A stretch of 56,734 nucleotides of DNA from Alphaproteobacteria bacterium (GCA_963422645.2 CAXXVO010000016.1:1-56734); one strand, 5' to 3'. Positions 28,854 to 39,200 are shown, numbered from the stretch's first letter. The notes: generated by a model not told the origin, from the sequence alone. Made by a program: numbers and translations.

Positions 28854-30827
28854 CCCGAACTTCCCCCCGGAAATGGGCTGATTTTCGGGGCTAAGCCGTT
28901 GATCTTACGGGCGTATCGGCCTTCGGCGCAGATGCAAAGTGTACCCATGTAAATGGAGAGAGGTGGTTGATATGAGGCGGGAGGTGGGCTATGTTCCGTC
29001 CCCATGTATATCGAGAGCGTCCCAAACCGGAACTCCCCGCCCGCAATCCTCCTGCGCGAATCATGGCGCGCGGGCGGAAAAATCAGAAAACGCACCCTGG
29101 CCAATCTGTCCAAGTGGCCGCCGCACCTGATCGACGGTCTGCGCATCCTGCTGCGCGGCGGAACCGCAGTGCCCCGAGGCGAGACGATCCGCGAGCACGA
29201 CGGCTTCGACATCACCCGCTCGCGTCCCTTCGGCCATGTGGCAGCGGTGCTCGGCGCCCTGCGCGGCCTCGGTCTGGAACGGCTGATCGGCGCCAGGCGC
29301 TCGCGGCTGCGCGATCTCGTGGTGGCCATGATCGTCGCCCGCATCGTGGCGCCGCGCTCGAAGCTCGCCACCGCGCGCGGGCTCAGCGAGGACACGCTTG
29401 GCCACGGCCTCGGCGAGGCGCTCGCCCTGGGCGAGGTCGGCGAAGACGAGCTCTACGAGGCGATGGACTGGCTACTGCAGCGCCAGCCCAGGATCGAGCG
29501 GGGTCTGGCCGAGCGTCATCTCGAGGACGGCGCGCTGGTGCTCTACGACGTCACTTCGACCTGGCTGGAGGGGCGCTGCTGTCCGCTGGCGCGTCACGGC
29601 TACTCCCGCGACGGCAAGCGCGGCAAGCTGCAGATCGTGTTCGGGCTTCTGTGCAACGCGCAGGGCTGCCCGGTGGCGGTGGAGGTGTTCGAGGGCAACA
29701 CCGCCGATCCGGCCACACTGGGCACGCAGATCGACAAGCTGCGCCGGCGCTTCCGGCTTTCGCGGGTCGTTCTCGTGGGCGATCGCGGCATGCTCACCGA
29801 GGCGCGCATCCGCGAGGAGGTGAAGCCGGCCGGGCTGGAGTGGATCAGCGCGCTGCGGGCGCCGGCGATCCGCGAGCTGGCCTCCGGCGGGACGCTGCAG
29901 CTCTCGCTCTTCGACGAGCGCGCCCTGGCCGAGATCCATCATCCCGACTTCCCCGGCGAGCGCCTGATCGCCTGCCGCAACCCGCTGCTCGCCGAAGAGC
30001 GCGCGCGCAAGCGCGAGGCCCTGCTCCAGGCCACCGAGAGCGATCTCGACGCGATCCGTGCGGCAACCCGGCGCGACAAGCGCCGTCTCGCCGGCAAGGA
30101 CAAGATCGGGCTGCGCGTGGGCAAGGTCATCGGCAAGCACAAGGTCGGAAAGCACTTCGACCTGGAGATCGCCGATGACGGCTTCGCCTGGCGGCGCAAC
30201 GCAGAGCGGATCGCCGAAGAGGCGGCGCTCGATGGCCTCTACGTCATCCGCACCAGCCTGTCCGAGCGCGAGCTCGGGGCCGAGGACACGGTGCGCGCCT
30301 ACAAGGGATTGAGCCGCATCGAGCGCGCCTTCCGAAGCGTCAAGACGGTCGACCTCAAGGTGCGGCCCATCCACCACTATCGGCCTGAGCGCGTGCGCGC
30401 CCACGTCCTGCTGTGCATGCTCGCCTACCATGTCGAGTGGCACATGCGCCAAAGGCTCGCCCCCATCCTGTTCGACGAGGACGACCCGGCGGGCGCGGAC
30501 GCCGCGCGCGCCTCCATCGTCGCACCGGCAAAGCCCTCGCCTTCGGCCCGGCGCAAGGCCGCCGCCAAGCGCACACCAGACGGCGTGCCGGTGCATAGCT
30601 TCCGCACCCTCCTCGAAGACCTGGCGACCATCGCCAGGAACAGAGTTCAGCCGAAACTGCCCGGAGCACCGCCCTTCGACCTGGTCACCAAACCGACGAA
30701 GCTGCAGCGCCAGGCGCTCGACCTGCTCGGCGTCAGCCTGTAGCGTACCCAGTACGCGACTCCGCGAAACGGTGCTTTCCAAAGCAACCGCAATGGCTTA
30801 GCTCAATATCCGCTCCGGAAGTTCAGC
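28854..30827 (+). mobile_element. IS1634-family insertion sequence
   Basis: Ends CCCGAACTTCC / GGAAGTTCAGC flanked by duplicated TTAG (or CTTAG; boundary ambiguous by 1 nt). Confidence 0.85.
29004..30743 (+). CDS. IS1634 transposase
   Basis: 'LYDVTS', 'VGDRGM', 'IERAFRSVK', 'RPIHH'. Confidence 0.92.
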   Translation: MYIESVPNRNSPPAILLRESWRAGGKIRKRTLANLSKWPPHLIDGLRILLRGGTAVPRGETIREHDGFDITRSRPFGHVAAVLGALRGLGLERLIGARRSRLRDLVVAMIVARIVAPRSKLATARGLSEDTLGHGLGEALALGEVGEDELYEAMDWLLQRQPRIERGLAERHLEDGALVLYDVTSTWLEGRCCPLARHGYSRDGKRGKLQIVFGLLCNAQGCPVAVEVFEGNTADPATLGTQIDKLRRRFRLSRVVLVGDRGMLTEARIREEVKPAGLEWISALRAPAIRELASGGTLQLSLFDERALAEIHHPDFPGERLIACRNPLLAEERARKREALLQATESDLDAIRAATRRDKRRLAGKDKIGLRVGKVIGKHKVGKHFDLEIADDGFAWRRNAERIAEEAALDGLYVIRTSLSERELGAEDTVRAYKGLSRIERAFRSVKTVDLKVRPIHHYRPERVRAHVLLCMLAYHVEWHMRQRLAPILFDEDDPAGADAARASIVAPAKPSPSARRKAAAKRTPDGVPVHSFRTLLEDLATIARNRVQPKLPGAPPFDLVTKPTKLQRQALDLLGVSL

Positions 30828-31652
30828 TTAGTCCGAGGTCGGCCAGACGAGGGGGAATTCGGGGTCGTCTAGGGGATCGCCGTCGCTTAGCCGCTTGTGC
30901 ACCTCGGGGAAGGGGGGCGAGACCTCGCCGGGGCGGACCTTGAAGCGCACGTCGTCCCCGACCCAGCGGTGAACGAAGGCGCGGCGCCGGGCCGACGCCG
31001 AGGCGTTGCCCGGCGCGCCATGGACGGTGAGGAAGTGGAAGGCGATGGCGTCGCCCGGCGCCACGTCGAAGGACGCGATCTCGTATTCGTCCCGGCGCCC
31101 GTCGATGTCCGGCATGGTATCCAGGGCCTCGCCCTCGCGCTGGTAGTCCACACCCACAAACTTCTTCGGCATGAACGACTTACCCCAACGGTGTGAGCCC
31201 ACGACGAGCTCCAGGCACATTGCGCGGGGGACGGGATCGAGCGCGGTCCAGAAGCTCACGCACTGCGTCCCGTCGATGCAGTAGTAGGGTAGATCGTGGT
31301 GCCAGGGTGTGCGCGATTCGGTTCTGGGCTCCTTCACCAGCACGTGCTCATGAAAGAAGCGTGCCGTGCCTGAACCCATGAGTCGGGCTGCCAGCGCCGC
31401 CGCGTGGGAGTGGAACACGAAGTCCCGATACTCGGGCACGCGGGCCCAGTTGCAGTAATCGCCGAAGAAGTAGCCCTTCGAGCCTTCCGGCTCGTACTCC
31501 CGCGTGTAGGGGCCGGGGGCGCGCATGTTGCGCTCGACCCCGGCGCGGAGCGGATCGAGCCAGTCCGCGAATGCGCCCGCCAGATGGACGACGCCCTCCT
31601 GCTGGAAGCGCTCGGCGGCGGCGCTATCGATGCCGGTGTCTGCGGTGCTCAT
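30828..31652 (-). CDS. Phytanoyl-CoA dioxygenase (PhyH)-family Fe/2OG enzyme
   Basis: 'TPWHHD', 'GSHRW', 'TVHGA'. Confidence 0.88.
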   Translation of the reverse strand: MSTADTGIDSAAAERFQQEGVVHLAGAFADWLDPLRAGVERNMRAPGPYTREYEPEGSKGYFFGDYCNWARVPEYRDFVFHSHAAALAARLMGSGTARFFHEHVLVKEPRTESRTPWHHDLPYYCIDGTQCVSFWTALDPVPRAMCLELVVGSHRWGKSFMPKKFVGVDYQREGEALDTMPDIDGRRDEYEIASFDVAPGDAIAFHFLTVHGAPGNASASARRRAFVHRWVGDDVRFKVRPGEVSPPFPEVHKRLSDGDPLDDPEFPLVWPTSD

Positions 31653-31680
31653 GCGCGACTCAGTCTCGGACGCGCCGGGC

Positions 31681-32607
31681 TCAGAAGTCGACCTGATCGC
31701 CGCCCTTGAGGCCGAGCATCTCGCGCGCTTCGGCCGGCGTCGCGACCTCCAGGGAAAGCTCCTCGACGATGCGCCTGGCCTTGGCCACCTGGGCTGCGTT
31801 GGAGGGCGCGAGCTCGCCCTTGCCGATGAAGAGGCTGTCCTCCAGGCCGACGCGGATGTTGCCGCCCATCATCGCGCCCATGGTGACGAAGCTCATCTGG
31901 TGGCGGCCGGCGGCGAGGATCGACCAGCGGTAGTCGTCGCCGAAGAGCTTGTTGGCGATCCGGCGCATGTGCATCAAGTTCTCGTGGTCAGCGCCGATGC
32001 CGCCCAGGATGCCGAAGATGGTCTGCACGAAGAGCGGCGGCTTGACCAGGCCTCGGTCGACGAAATGGGCCAGGTTGTAGAGATGGCCGATGTCGTAGCA
32101 CTCGAACTCGAAGCGCACGCCGTGGCCCTCACCCAGATCCTTCATAATGTATTCGATGTCCTTGAATGTATTCCTGAATATAAAATCCTTCGTGCCCTCC
32201 AGATGGGGCTTCTCCCAGTCGTACTTGAACTCCTTGTAGCGGTTCAGCATGGGGTAGATGCCGAAATTCATGGAGCCCATGTTGAGCGAGGTCATCTCCG
32301 GGCTCGCGCGGCGCGGCGCGGCGAGGCGCTCGTCGAGGGTCATGCCGAGCCCGCCGCCGGTGGTGATGTTGATGACCGCGTCCGACTGCTGCTTGATGCG
32401 CGGCAGGAAGGCCATGAAGACGTCCGGATCGGGCGTCGGGCGGCCGTCGTTCGGATCGCGGGCGTGGAGATGGAGGATCGAGGCGCCGGCCTCGGCCGCC
32501 GCCACGCCGTCGGCCGCGATCTCGTCCGGCGTGACCGGCAGGTGCGGCGACATGGTGGGGGTATGGATCGACCCCGTGACCGCGCAGGTGATGATAACTT
32601 TGCTCAT
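31681..32607 (-). CDS. Beta-keto acid cleavage enzyme (BKACE/DUF849)
   Basis: 'IITCAVTG', 'LHLHAR', 'RVGLED'. Confidence 0.92.
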   Translation of the reverse strand: MSKVIITCAVTGSIHTPTMSPHLPVTPDEIAADGVAAAEAGASILHLHARDPNDGRPTPDPDVFMAFLPRIKQQSDAVINITTGGGLGMTLDERLAAPRRASPEMTSLNMGSMNFGIYPMLNRYKEFKYDWEKPHLEGTKDFIFRNTFKDIEYIMKDLGEGHGVRFEFECYDIGHLYNLAHFVDRGLVKPPLFVQTIFGILGGIGADHENLMHMRRIANKLFGDDYRWSILAAGRHQMSFVTMGAMMGGNIRVGLEDSLFIGKGELAPSNAAQVAKARRIVEELSLEVATPAEAREMLGLKGGDQVDF

Positions 32608-32695
32608 GGCCCGTGGCCTCCCGCTCGTGTTCGCCGCGCCGCGCCGTCGGCTCAGCCGGTTCTACCCGCCGGGCGCCCGCCTCGACAAGCGCGGC

Positions 32696-33859
32696 TTAGA
32701 GCAGGGTACGCAGCAGATCGTGGAGGGCGGCCTTGCGCTCGAAGCCGGCGCCCGGCGCGTCGCCGAGGCGGACCCGGCCGTCTTCCACCGGGGTCTCGTC
32801 CGCGAAGCCGCCGAAGGGCTGGAACACGCCGGGATAGGATTCGCAGCCGCCCAGCGAGAGGCCGCCGGCGACGGCGAGCGCCAGCAGGTTGCCGCCGTGA
32901 GGCAGGAAGCGGCGCGGCGACCAGCCCTCGGCCGCCATCATCGCCACGATTTCGACGGTCTCGCCGACGCCATAGGCCAATGCGGGGTCGAACTGCACGA
33001 AGTCGGTCGCAGGCCGCATGCCACCGAAGCGGAGCAGGTTGCACGCATCCTGCAGCGAGAGCAGGTTCTCGCCGGTCGCGATGGGGGCGGGATAGGCCGC
33101 CGCCACCGCCGCATTGAGAGAGAAATCGAGGGGGTCGCCCGGCTCCTCGTACCAGGCGAGAGCGTGAGGGGCCATTGCGTCCGCGTAGCGGAGCGCGGTC
33201 TCCTCATCGAAGCGGCCGTTCGCGTCCACCGCGAGGCGTGAACCGTCGCCATCGAGCAGCGCCAGCACCGCCTCGATCCTGGCGAGGTCTTCGTCGAGGG
33301 GAGCGCCGCCTATCTTCATCTTGACCTGGATGTAGCCCTGGTCGAGATAGCGCCGCATCTCGGCGACGAGGCCGTCCGTCCCCTTCTCGGGGTCGTAGTA
33401 GCCGCCTGCGGCGTAGACCGGGATGTGGCGCTCCGGCGCCGGGTTGCCGGCGTCTTCGGCGATCAGCGCCCAGAGCGGCATGTCGCGGAGCTTGGCTGCC
33501 GCGTCCCAGACCGCGATATCGAGCGCGGCCACCGCGACCGCGCGCTCGCCGTGGCCACCCGGCTTCTCGTTCCGCATCATCAGGCGGCGGATTGCGCGGG
33601 GGTCGAGCGAGGTGCCGTCGGCGCTCGCGTGCTCCTCCGGCGCTTCCAGGACCCGAGGCGCGAGCCGCTCGCGGATCACAGCGCTCTGGGCGTAGCGGCC
33701 GTTGGCGTTGAAGCCGAAACCCACCACCGGCTTGCCGCCCCGCACCGCGTTGGTGACCACCGCGACCATGCTCACGGTCATCTTGCTGAAGTCGATAACG
33801 GCGTTCCGCATCGGCGCGCCCATGGGCACGGCGATATCTCGGATTTCGACGATTCTCAT
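32696..33859 (-). CDS. Mandelate racemase-subgroup enolase, D-tartrate dehydratase-like
   Basis: 'RNAVIDFSKMT', 'NEKPGGHGER', 'KMKIGG', 'DANG', 'ATGEN'. Confidence 0.85.
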   Translation of the reverse strand: MRIVEIRDIAVPMGAPMRNAVIDFSKMTVSMVAVVTNAVRGGKPVVGFGFNANGRYAQSAVIRERLAPRVLEAPEEHASADGTSLDPRAIRRLMMRNEKPGGHGERAVAVAALDIAVWDAAAKLRDMPLWALIAEDAGNPAPERHIPVYAAGGYYDPEKGTDGLVAEMRRYLDQGYIQVKMKIGGAPLDEDLARIEAVLALLDGDGSRLAVDANGRFDEETALRYADAMAPHALAWYEEPGDPLDFSLNAAVAAAYPAPIATGENLLSLQDACNLLRFGGMRPATDFVQFDPALAYGVGETVEIVAMMAAEGWSPRRFLPHGGNLLALAVAGGLSLGGCESYPGVFQPFGGFADETPVEDGRVRLGDAPGAGFERKAALHDLLRTLL

Positions 33860-34845
33860 CGCGACCCACCGGGAACCAGGGACTCTTCGGAGCAAAGCTC
33901 GGTGATGCGGCGGCGCTCGGCTTGCGCTTCGGCCACCGAGACCTCGCGGAAGCGGTAAGTCTCGTTGGGTCGCGACTGGCCGAGCTTCCACCACGCGCAG
34001 GTGGGCACCGTGTAGGGGTTGATGAAGCCGCCGAGGGTAAGCGTGTCCACCAACAGGATGATCGGCGTCTGGCCGCAGAGGTTGATGGCGCCGATGGGGT
34101 AGCCGTGGTCGATCACGTTGGAGGGGTCGGCGCCGTTCTCCGGCGCCTTGTCGGTCGCCTTCTCGGTGAAGGTCCAGTCCGGACCCTCCAGGCGAAAGCC
34201 GACGCGGTTGCTCTTGGGCGAGAGCGTCCAGCCGCTCTCCAGGAAGCGCTGCCGGCCGGCGGCGTCGATCCAGTCGTCGTTGAGGCCGGCCACCACCTCG
34301 ATCTCCCAGGCGCCGCCGGCGGGGGCAGGGGGGCGAACGCCCTCTTTCAGCCTGCGGCCGGGCGCGGCGTCGTCGGAGGGTGCGAGCGGGATGGTCTGTC
34401 CCTCCTTCAGCGCGGCACCGTCGAGCCCGCCACAGGCACCGATGACGAAGGTCGCGCGCGAGCCGAGGAAGGGCGCCACCTCGATGCCGCCGGCGAAGGC
34501 GATGTAGGTGCGCGCCCCGATGACGGCGGACCCCAACGCGAGCGTCTGCCCGGCGCTGACGCCGATGCTCTGCCAGAGCGGCACGGGGTCTCCGTCCAGC
34601 GTGGCCTGCATGTCGGCGCCCGTAAGCGCGATCACGGCGTCCTGCTCGAAGCGGAGTGTCGGTCCGATGAAGGCGCATTCCAGCGCCGCTGCGCCAGGCG
34701 CATTGCCGGCCAGCACGTTGGCAAGGCGAAAGGACCAGTGGTCGATGGGGCCCGAGGGCGGGAAGCCCATGCCGAAGGCGCCCTTGCGGCCGGGATAGTC
34801 CTGCACCGTGGTCTCGAGCCCGCCCTTGATGACCGTGACCGCCAT
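33856..34845 (-). CDS. AHS2 / PxpC-like carboxyltransferase subunit (copy 2)
   Basis: 'TTVQDYPGR', 'LANVLAGN', 'SNRVGFRL'. Confidence 0.88.
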   Translation of the reverse strand: MAVTVIKGGLETTVQDYPGRKGAFGMGFPPSGPIDHWSFRLANVLAGNAPGAAALECAFIGPTLRFEQDAVIALTGADMQATLDGDPVPLWQSIGVSAGQTLALGSAVIGARTYIAFAGGIEVAPFLGSRATFVIGACGGLDGAALKEGQTIPLAPSDDAAPGRRLKEGVRPPAPAGGAWEIEVVAGLNDDWIDAAGRQRFLESGWTLSPKSNRVGFRLEGPDWTFTEKATDKAPENGADPSNVIDHGYPIGAINLCGQTPIILLVDTLTLGGFINPYTVPTCAWWKLGQSRPNETYRFREVSVAEAQAERRRITELCSEESLVPGGSR

Positions 34846-34848
34846 CGG

Positions 34849-35720
34849 TCAGAAGCGCTCGCTCGCGCATCGAGAGAGGCGGCCCAAGCCTTGTACTGGC
34901 GGACCGAGAAGCGCTGGTAGCCGGTCACGTTGAAGGCGTAGGTGCCGTCCGCCACGCGGCGCTCGATGTATTCGAACTCCTCCAGCTCGACCGGCACGAA
35001 CTTGACCCGGTCGGCGGCATCGAGCAGCACGACCCGGTCGCGGTAGGCGGGGAGCCTCGCCTGCGTGTCCCAGAGCGGCACCGGGGTTCGGCCGATCAGG
35101 TTGTAGCCGCCCGGCCCCGGAGTCGTATAGATCGAGGTGGAGAGGCCGCCGACGCCGATGGCGCCGAGCGTGGTCCAGGTGCGCGGCGGGTTGTACTTGG
35201 GCGAGGTGATGGCGCAGCGCGGGTCGAGCGCCACCATCAGCGGTAGGCCCGGCGTGGAGCAGACGGCGACCACCCAGTGCTCGGTCCCCGAATGTACACG
35301 CGCAAGCTGAGCTGCGTCCTCCAACCCGTTGATGCGGGCCACGAACTCCGGGTCGCCGCTGCGCGGTGCGATGCGCTGGGCATAGTCCTCGACGCAGGCC
35401 TTGGTCCAGGGGTCGTTGTACATCACGGGGAGGTAGGCGAGGCGGCTCTCAAGCTCCAGGTCCTCGACCGAGCCGAGGCCCTCGATCAGGCGGCGAAGCT
35501 CGCGCTCGAGGTCGTCCGCACCGATCAGGTCGGGGTCGTACTCGACGACCACGGAGTTGTAGGAGGGATTGGTGTCGATCACGCCCTTCGTGCGGTCCTC
35601 CCGCAGCGCCGCGGTGAGGCCGAGGGCCATGAAGTTGAGGTCGATGCGCGCATCGTCGCCGAACTGCACCAGTACGAAGGTATCGCCGCCGGGTAGAAAG
35701 CGCGGCTCGTCGTAGATCAA
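34849..35720 (-). CDS. AHS1 / PxpB-like subunit (copy 2); a 2-nt insertion just before the natural stop
   Basis: 'IYDEPRF', 'PKYNPPRTWT', 'PGGY'; paralog ends LDMSVRF*, while here GATGCGCGAGCGAGCGCTTCTGA shifts ..ASERF* out of frame. Confidence 0.8.
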
Positions 35721-36700
35721 CGCGCGGCCTCCAGGCTCGACTCGGAGCAGAGCGCGTCGATGGCGCGGCGTGCCGCCTGCGCCTCCGATACCGAGACGAG
35801 GTGGAAGCGGTAGGTGTCGTTGGGCTTCGACTGGGCGAGCTTCCAGAACGCCGCCGAGGGCACCGTGTAGGGGTTGATGAAGCCGCCGGCCGAGGGTCCG
35901 TCGTTCACCAGGATGATCGGCGTCTGGCCGCAGAGGTTGACGGCGCCAACGGGATAGCCGTGGTCCAGGATGTTGGAGGGATGCTCGCCGTGCTCCGGCC
36001 CCTTGTCGGTCGCGCGGGCGGCGAAGGTCCACTCGGGGCCGGTGAGGCGAAAGCCGGTGCGGTTGCTGCGGGCCTGGAGCGTCCAGTCGCTCTCCAGGAA
36101 CATGCGCTGGCCCGCCTCGTCGATCCAGTCGTCGTTGGGGCCGGCCACGACCTCGATCTGCCAGCTCTTCTCCGCAGGCATGGGTGGCCGGCAGTCCTCC
36201 CGCACGCGCCGGCCGGGCGTCCCCTTGCCCGCGCCATCGCCGAGGGGCAGACGCTGGCCGTCCTCGATTGCATGTCCCTCCATGCCGCCCACGCCGGCCA
36301 TGTGGAAGGTCGAGCGGGAGCCCAGCACCGGCGCCGTGTCGATGCCGCCGGCGACGGCGAGATAGGCGCGGGCGCCGATGCGCGCGAATCCGGTCTCCAG
36401 CACCGCGCCGGCGGGAACGGCGACGCTCTCCCACTGGGGTATCGGGGCGCCGTCGAGCTTCGGCGCCATCGTCGCGCCGGTGAGCGCGATCACCGTCTCG
36501 CGTTCGAAGCGCAGCGTCGGGCCGAGGAACTGGATTTCGAGCCCGGCTGCATCGGCGGGGTTGCCGACCAGGAGGTTGGCGAGGCGGAAGGACCACATGT
36601 CGAAGGGTCCGGAGGGCGGGAAACCCTGCTCCCAGAAGCCGTAGCGGCCGGGAAAGTCCTGCACGCCGGTCTCCAGCCCGGCCTTGATGACCTCGATCAT
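35717..36700 (-). CDS. AHS2 / PxpC-like carboxyltransferase subunit (copy 1)
   Basis: 'TGVQDFPGR', 'LANLLVGN', 'SNRTGFRL'. Confidence 0.88.
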   Translation of the reverse strand: MIEVIKAGLETGVQDFPGRYGFWEQGFPPSGPFDMWSFRLANLLVGNPADAAGLEIQFLGPTLRFERETVIALTGATMAPKLDGAPIPQWESVAVPAGAVLETGFARIGARAYLAVAGGIDTAPVLGSRSTFHMAGVGGMEGHAIEDGQRLPLGDGAGKGTPGRRVREDCRPPMPAEKSWQIEVVAGPNDDWIDEAGQRMFLESDWTLQARSNRTGFRLTGPEWTFAARATDKGPEHGEHPSNILDHGYPVGAVNLCGQTPIILVNDGPSAGGFINPYTVPSAAFWKLAQSKPNDTYRFHLVSVSEAQAARRAIDALCSESSLEAAR

Positions 36701-37569
36701 CAGAACCGCACGCTCATGTCGAGGGTCTTGAGCCACGCGTGATAGGCGCGGATCGAGAACTTGGCGTAGGCCGCGACCTGGTGCTCGTAGTCGCCGCTCT
36801 CCACCTGGGCGGTCACGTGGTCGTACTCCTCGCGGCCCACGGGGACGAAGCGCACGCGGTCGCCGGGCTTGAGCAGCGCGAGGCGGTCGCGGAAGGCGCG
36901 CAGGCGCTGCTTCAGGTCGACCACCGGCACCGGCGAGTGACCGATGATCTGGTAGCCGCCCGGGGTGCGGGCCGGATAGAGGCAGGTGACGGAGCCGCCG
37001 TAGCCAAGCGTGCCCTTCGGAGTCCACGTGCGGGGCGGGTTGTATTTCGGCGCCGTGAGGCGACAGCGCGGGTCCAGCGCGATGAGCGAGGCGAGGCCCG
37101 GATAGAAGCCCAGCGCCGCGACCCAGTACTCGGTGCCCGAATGGATACGGGCAAGCTGCGCGCGGCTCTCAAGCTTGTTGAGCCGCACCATGAGGTCGGG
37201 ATCGTACTCCTTCTCGACGATGCGGGCGCAGTAGTCCTCCCAACACGCGCGGGTGACGTGATCGAAGTAGAGCACGGGGAAGGTGTAGAGCGGGCTCGGC
37301 AGCTCCACGTCCTCCAGCGAGCCGAGGGAGGCGAAGAGCGCGCCGATTTCGCGCACCACGTCGTCATAGCCGATCCGGTCCGGATCGTAGCTGATGACGA
37401 TGGAGGCCATGTTGGGCAGGAGCTCGATGATGCCGTCGAATTTGGCCTCGCGCACCCGCGCGGCCAAGGCGTGGACCAGGAAGTTGAGGTCGAAATTGAG
37501 CTCGTCCCCCAGCTCCATCTCGATGAAACGGTCGCCGCCCGGCGTGAATCGCGGCTCGTCGTAGATCAT
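36700..37569 (-). CDS. AHS1 / PxpB-like subunit (copy 1)
   Basis: 'MIYDEPRF', 'GFYPG', 'PKYNPPRTWT', 'PGGYQ'. Confidence 0.88.
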   Translation of the reverse strand: MIYDEPRFTPGGDRFIEMELGDELNFDLNFLVHALAARVREAKFDGIIELLPNMASIVISYDPDRIGYDDVVREIGALFASLGSLEDVELPSPLYTFPVLYFDHVTRACWEDYCARIVEKEYDPDLMVRLNKLESRAQLARIHSGTEYWVAALGFYPGLASLIALDPRCRLTAPKYNPPRTWTPKGTLGYGGSVTCLYPARTPGGYQIIGHSPVPVVDLKQRLRAFRDRLALLKPGDRVRFVPVGREEYDHVTAQVESGDYEHQVAAYAKFSIRAYHAWLKTLDMSVRF

Positions 37570-37893
37570 CGTGCGCGCCGGCCTCCGCCGCGTGTGCCCC
37601 CGGCCGAGAGGCCGGTGCGTTGGCCGGTTCTAGCGCGATCGGCCGTCAGGCGCCAAGCGTGGCGGCGCGTCCGCGCGGCGCGGACCGTGACCGTGAAGAG
37701 AAACAACAGTTACGTCTTGTTCCTGCTGATGCTCGTACTTGCTTAGGAGTACTCGGATACCGCTGTAACATTGGGGTTTGGCCGATATCCGACGATCCTG
37801 AAAGGCCAGGAGAGGTCAGGAACACCCCTGAAGTTACTCTCATGTGTTGTGGTTGGTGTTGATTGCGATCCCAAGCCATGCCATCATGCCCGC

Positions 37894-39162
37894 ATGCCAA
37901 ATTCCGGGAAGCGCGTCGCGCGCGTCAAGCTCACCATCGCCAAGCGCGCCATCGACAGCCTCGAGCCCGCCAACAAGCCATGGATCGCCTGGGATGACAA
38001 GCTGACAGGCTATGGCGTCCTCGTGCACCCCTCGGGCGTCAAGTCCTACATCGTCAACTACCGCCTGGGCGCGGGCGGCAGGACGGCGCCCAACAAGCGC
38101 CTCGTCATCGGACGCTGTGACAGGATGGCGGCCGAGCAGGCGCGGCGCGAGGCCCACAGGCTGCTCGGCATGGTCGCCATGGGCGAGGACCCGGCGGCCG
38201 AGCGCGCGAGGAGCCGGCGCATGCCCCCGCTCAGGCAGGCCTTCGAGCAGTACATGAGGGCCAATCCCAAGCGCAAGGCGAGCACCAACGAGTCCTACCG
38301 CGACCGCTTCGAGCGGCCGCTCGCCGACTGGCTTGCCCGTCCCCTCGACGCCATTACCCGGAGCGACGTGGAGGACCGTTTCAACCGCATCACCGAGAAG
38401 CATGGCTGGGCGACGGCCAACCAGTGCATCTCGCTCTTGCGCTCGGTCTATCGCCGGCCCTGCGTGGACATCGAGGGACTGGCCAATCCGGTCGACCTCT
38501 GGCTCGCAGGCGGCGGGAGGTTCCATCCCAAGCCGCGCCGCAAGATCCCGCCACCGGCGGAGGTCCTTCCGTGCTGGCGGAAGGGGATCGAGGCCGTAGT
38601 GAGCAACCCCGCCCTTCGCGACGTGTTCTGGTTCGGCATGTACACCGGCATGCGGCTCGGCGAGGTGCTGCCGCTCCGATGGGAGCGTGTGGACAGGGAG
38701 GCGCTCGTCTTCCGCGTGGATGAGACCAAGACGGGCGCGCCGCTGGAGCTGCCCATCACCCGGCAGCTGGCAGCCATTCTCGATCGCCGGTGGGCCGAGA
38801 GCGGCCACCTGCCGGGCGGTTGGGTGTTTTCCTCTGCCTCCAGCCGCACGGGCTATTTCGTGAAGTTGACCTATTTCCATCGCCGCATCAGCGAGGCAGG
38901 TGGCGCAAAATTCTGGTTCCACGGGCTGCGCAACTGCTTCATCACGGTGGCCGAGCGCGAGTTGATGCTCCCGCACGCCCTGACCAAGCGGCTGGTCAAC
39001 CACGCGCCGCCCAACGACGTTACCGAGGGGTACGCCGCCGACTGGACGATCGGGCAGCTGCGCGGGCCGGCTCAGCGCATAGCGGATTGCATCGAGGCCT
39101 TAATGATAAGTGCAGACTCCGAGCGTATCTGCGGCGAAAGGGCGGCGGTCGGGTCCTCATAA
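37894..39162 (+). CDS. Tyrosine integrase with N-terminal arm-binding domain (P4-like)
   Basis: 'WDDKLTGYGV...SGVKS'; catalytic R (TGMR), HGLR, NH and Y (TEGY). Confidence 0.9.
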   Translation: MPNSGKRVARVKLTIAKRAIDSLEPANKPWIAWDDKLTGYGVLVHPSGVKSYIVNYRLGAGGRTAPNKRLVIGRCDRMAAEQARREAHRLLGMVAMGEDPAAERARSRRMPPLRQAFEQYMRANPKRKASTNESYRDRFERPLADWLARPLDAITRSDVEDRFNRITEKHGWATANQCISLLRSVYRRPCVDIEGLANPVDLWLAGGGRFHPKPRRKIPPPAEVLPCWRKGIEAVVSNPALRDVFWFGMYTGMRLGEVLPLRWERVDREALVFRVDETKTGAPLELPITRQLAAILDRRWAESGHLPGGWVFSSASSRTGYFVKLTYFHRRISEAGGAKFWFHGLRNCFITVAERELMLPHALTKRLVNHAPPNDVTEGYAADWTIGQLRGPAQRIADCIEALMISADSERICGERAAVGSS

Positions 39163-39200
39163 CCTGAAGGTCGTAGGTTCAAATCCTACCCCCGCAACCA
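39156..39200 (+). other. att site: 3' half of tRNA-fMet (anticodon loop to CCA)
   Basis: CTCATAACCTGAAGGTCGTAGGTTCAAATCCTACCCCCGCAACCA; no tRNA 5' half upstream. Confidence 0.85.

Noticed and set aside
32696-37027. Long ORFs 32696-34870, 34632-36596 and 35717-37027
   Set aside because: Real genes extended upstream through stop-poor GC-rich alternative frames
39156-39200. Functional tRNA-Met
   Set aside because: The D-arm and 5' acceptor strand are absent; treated as an att remnant
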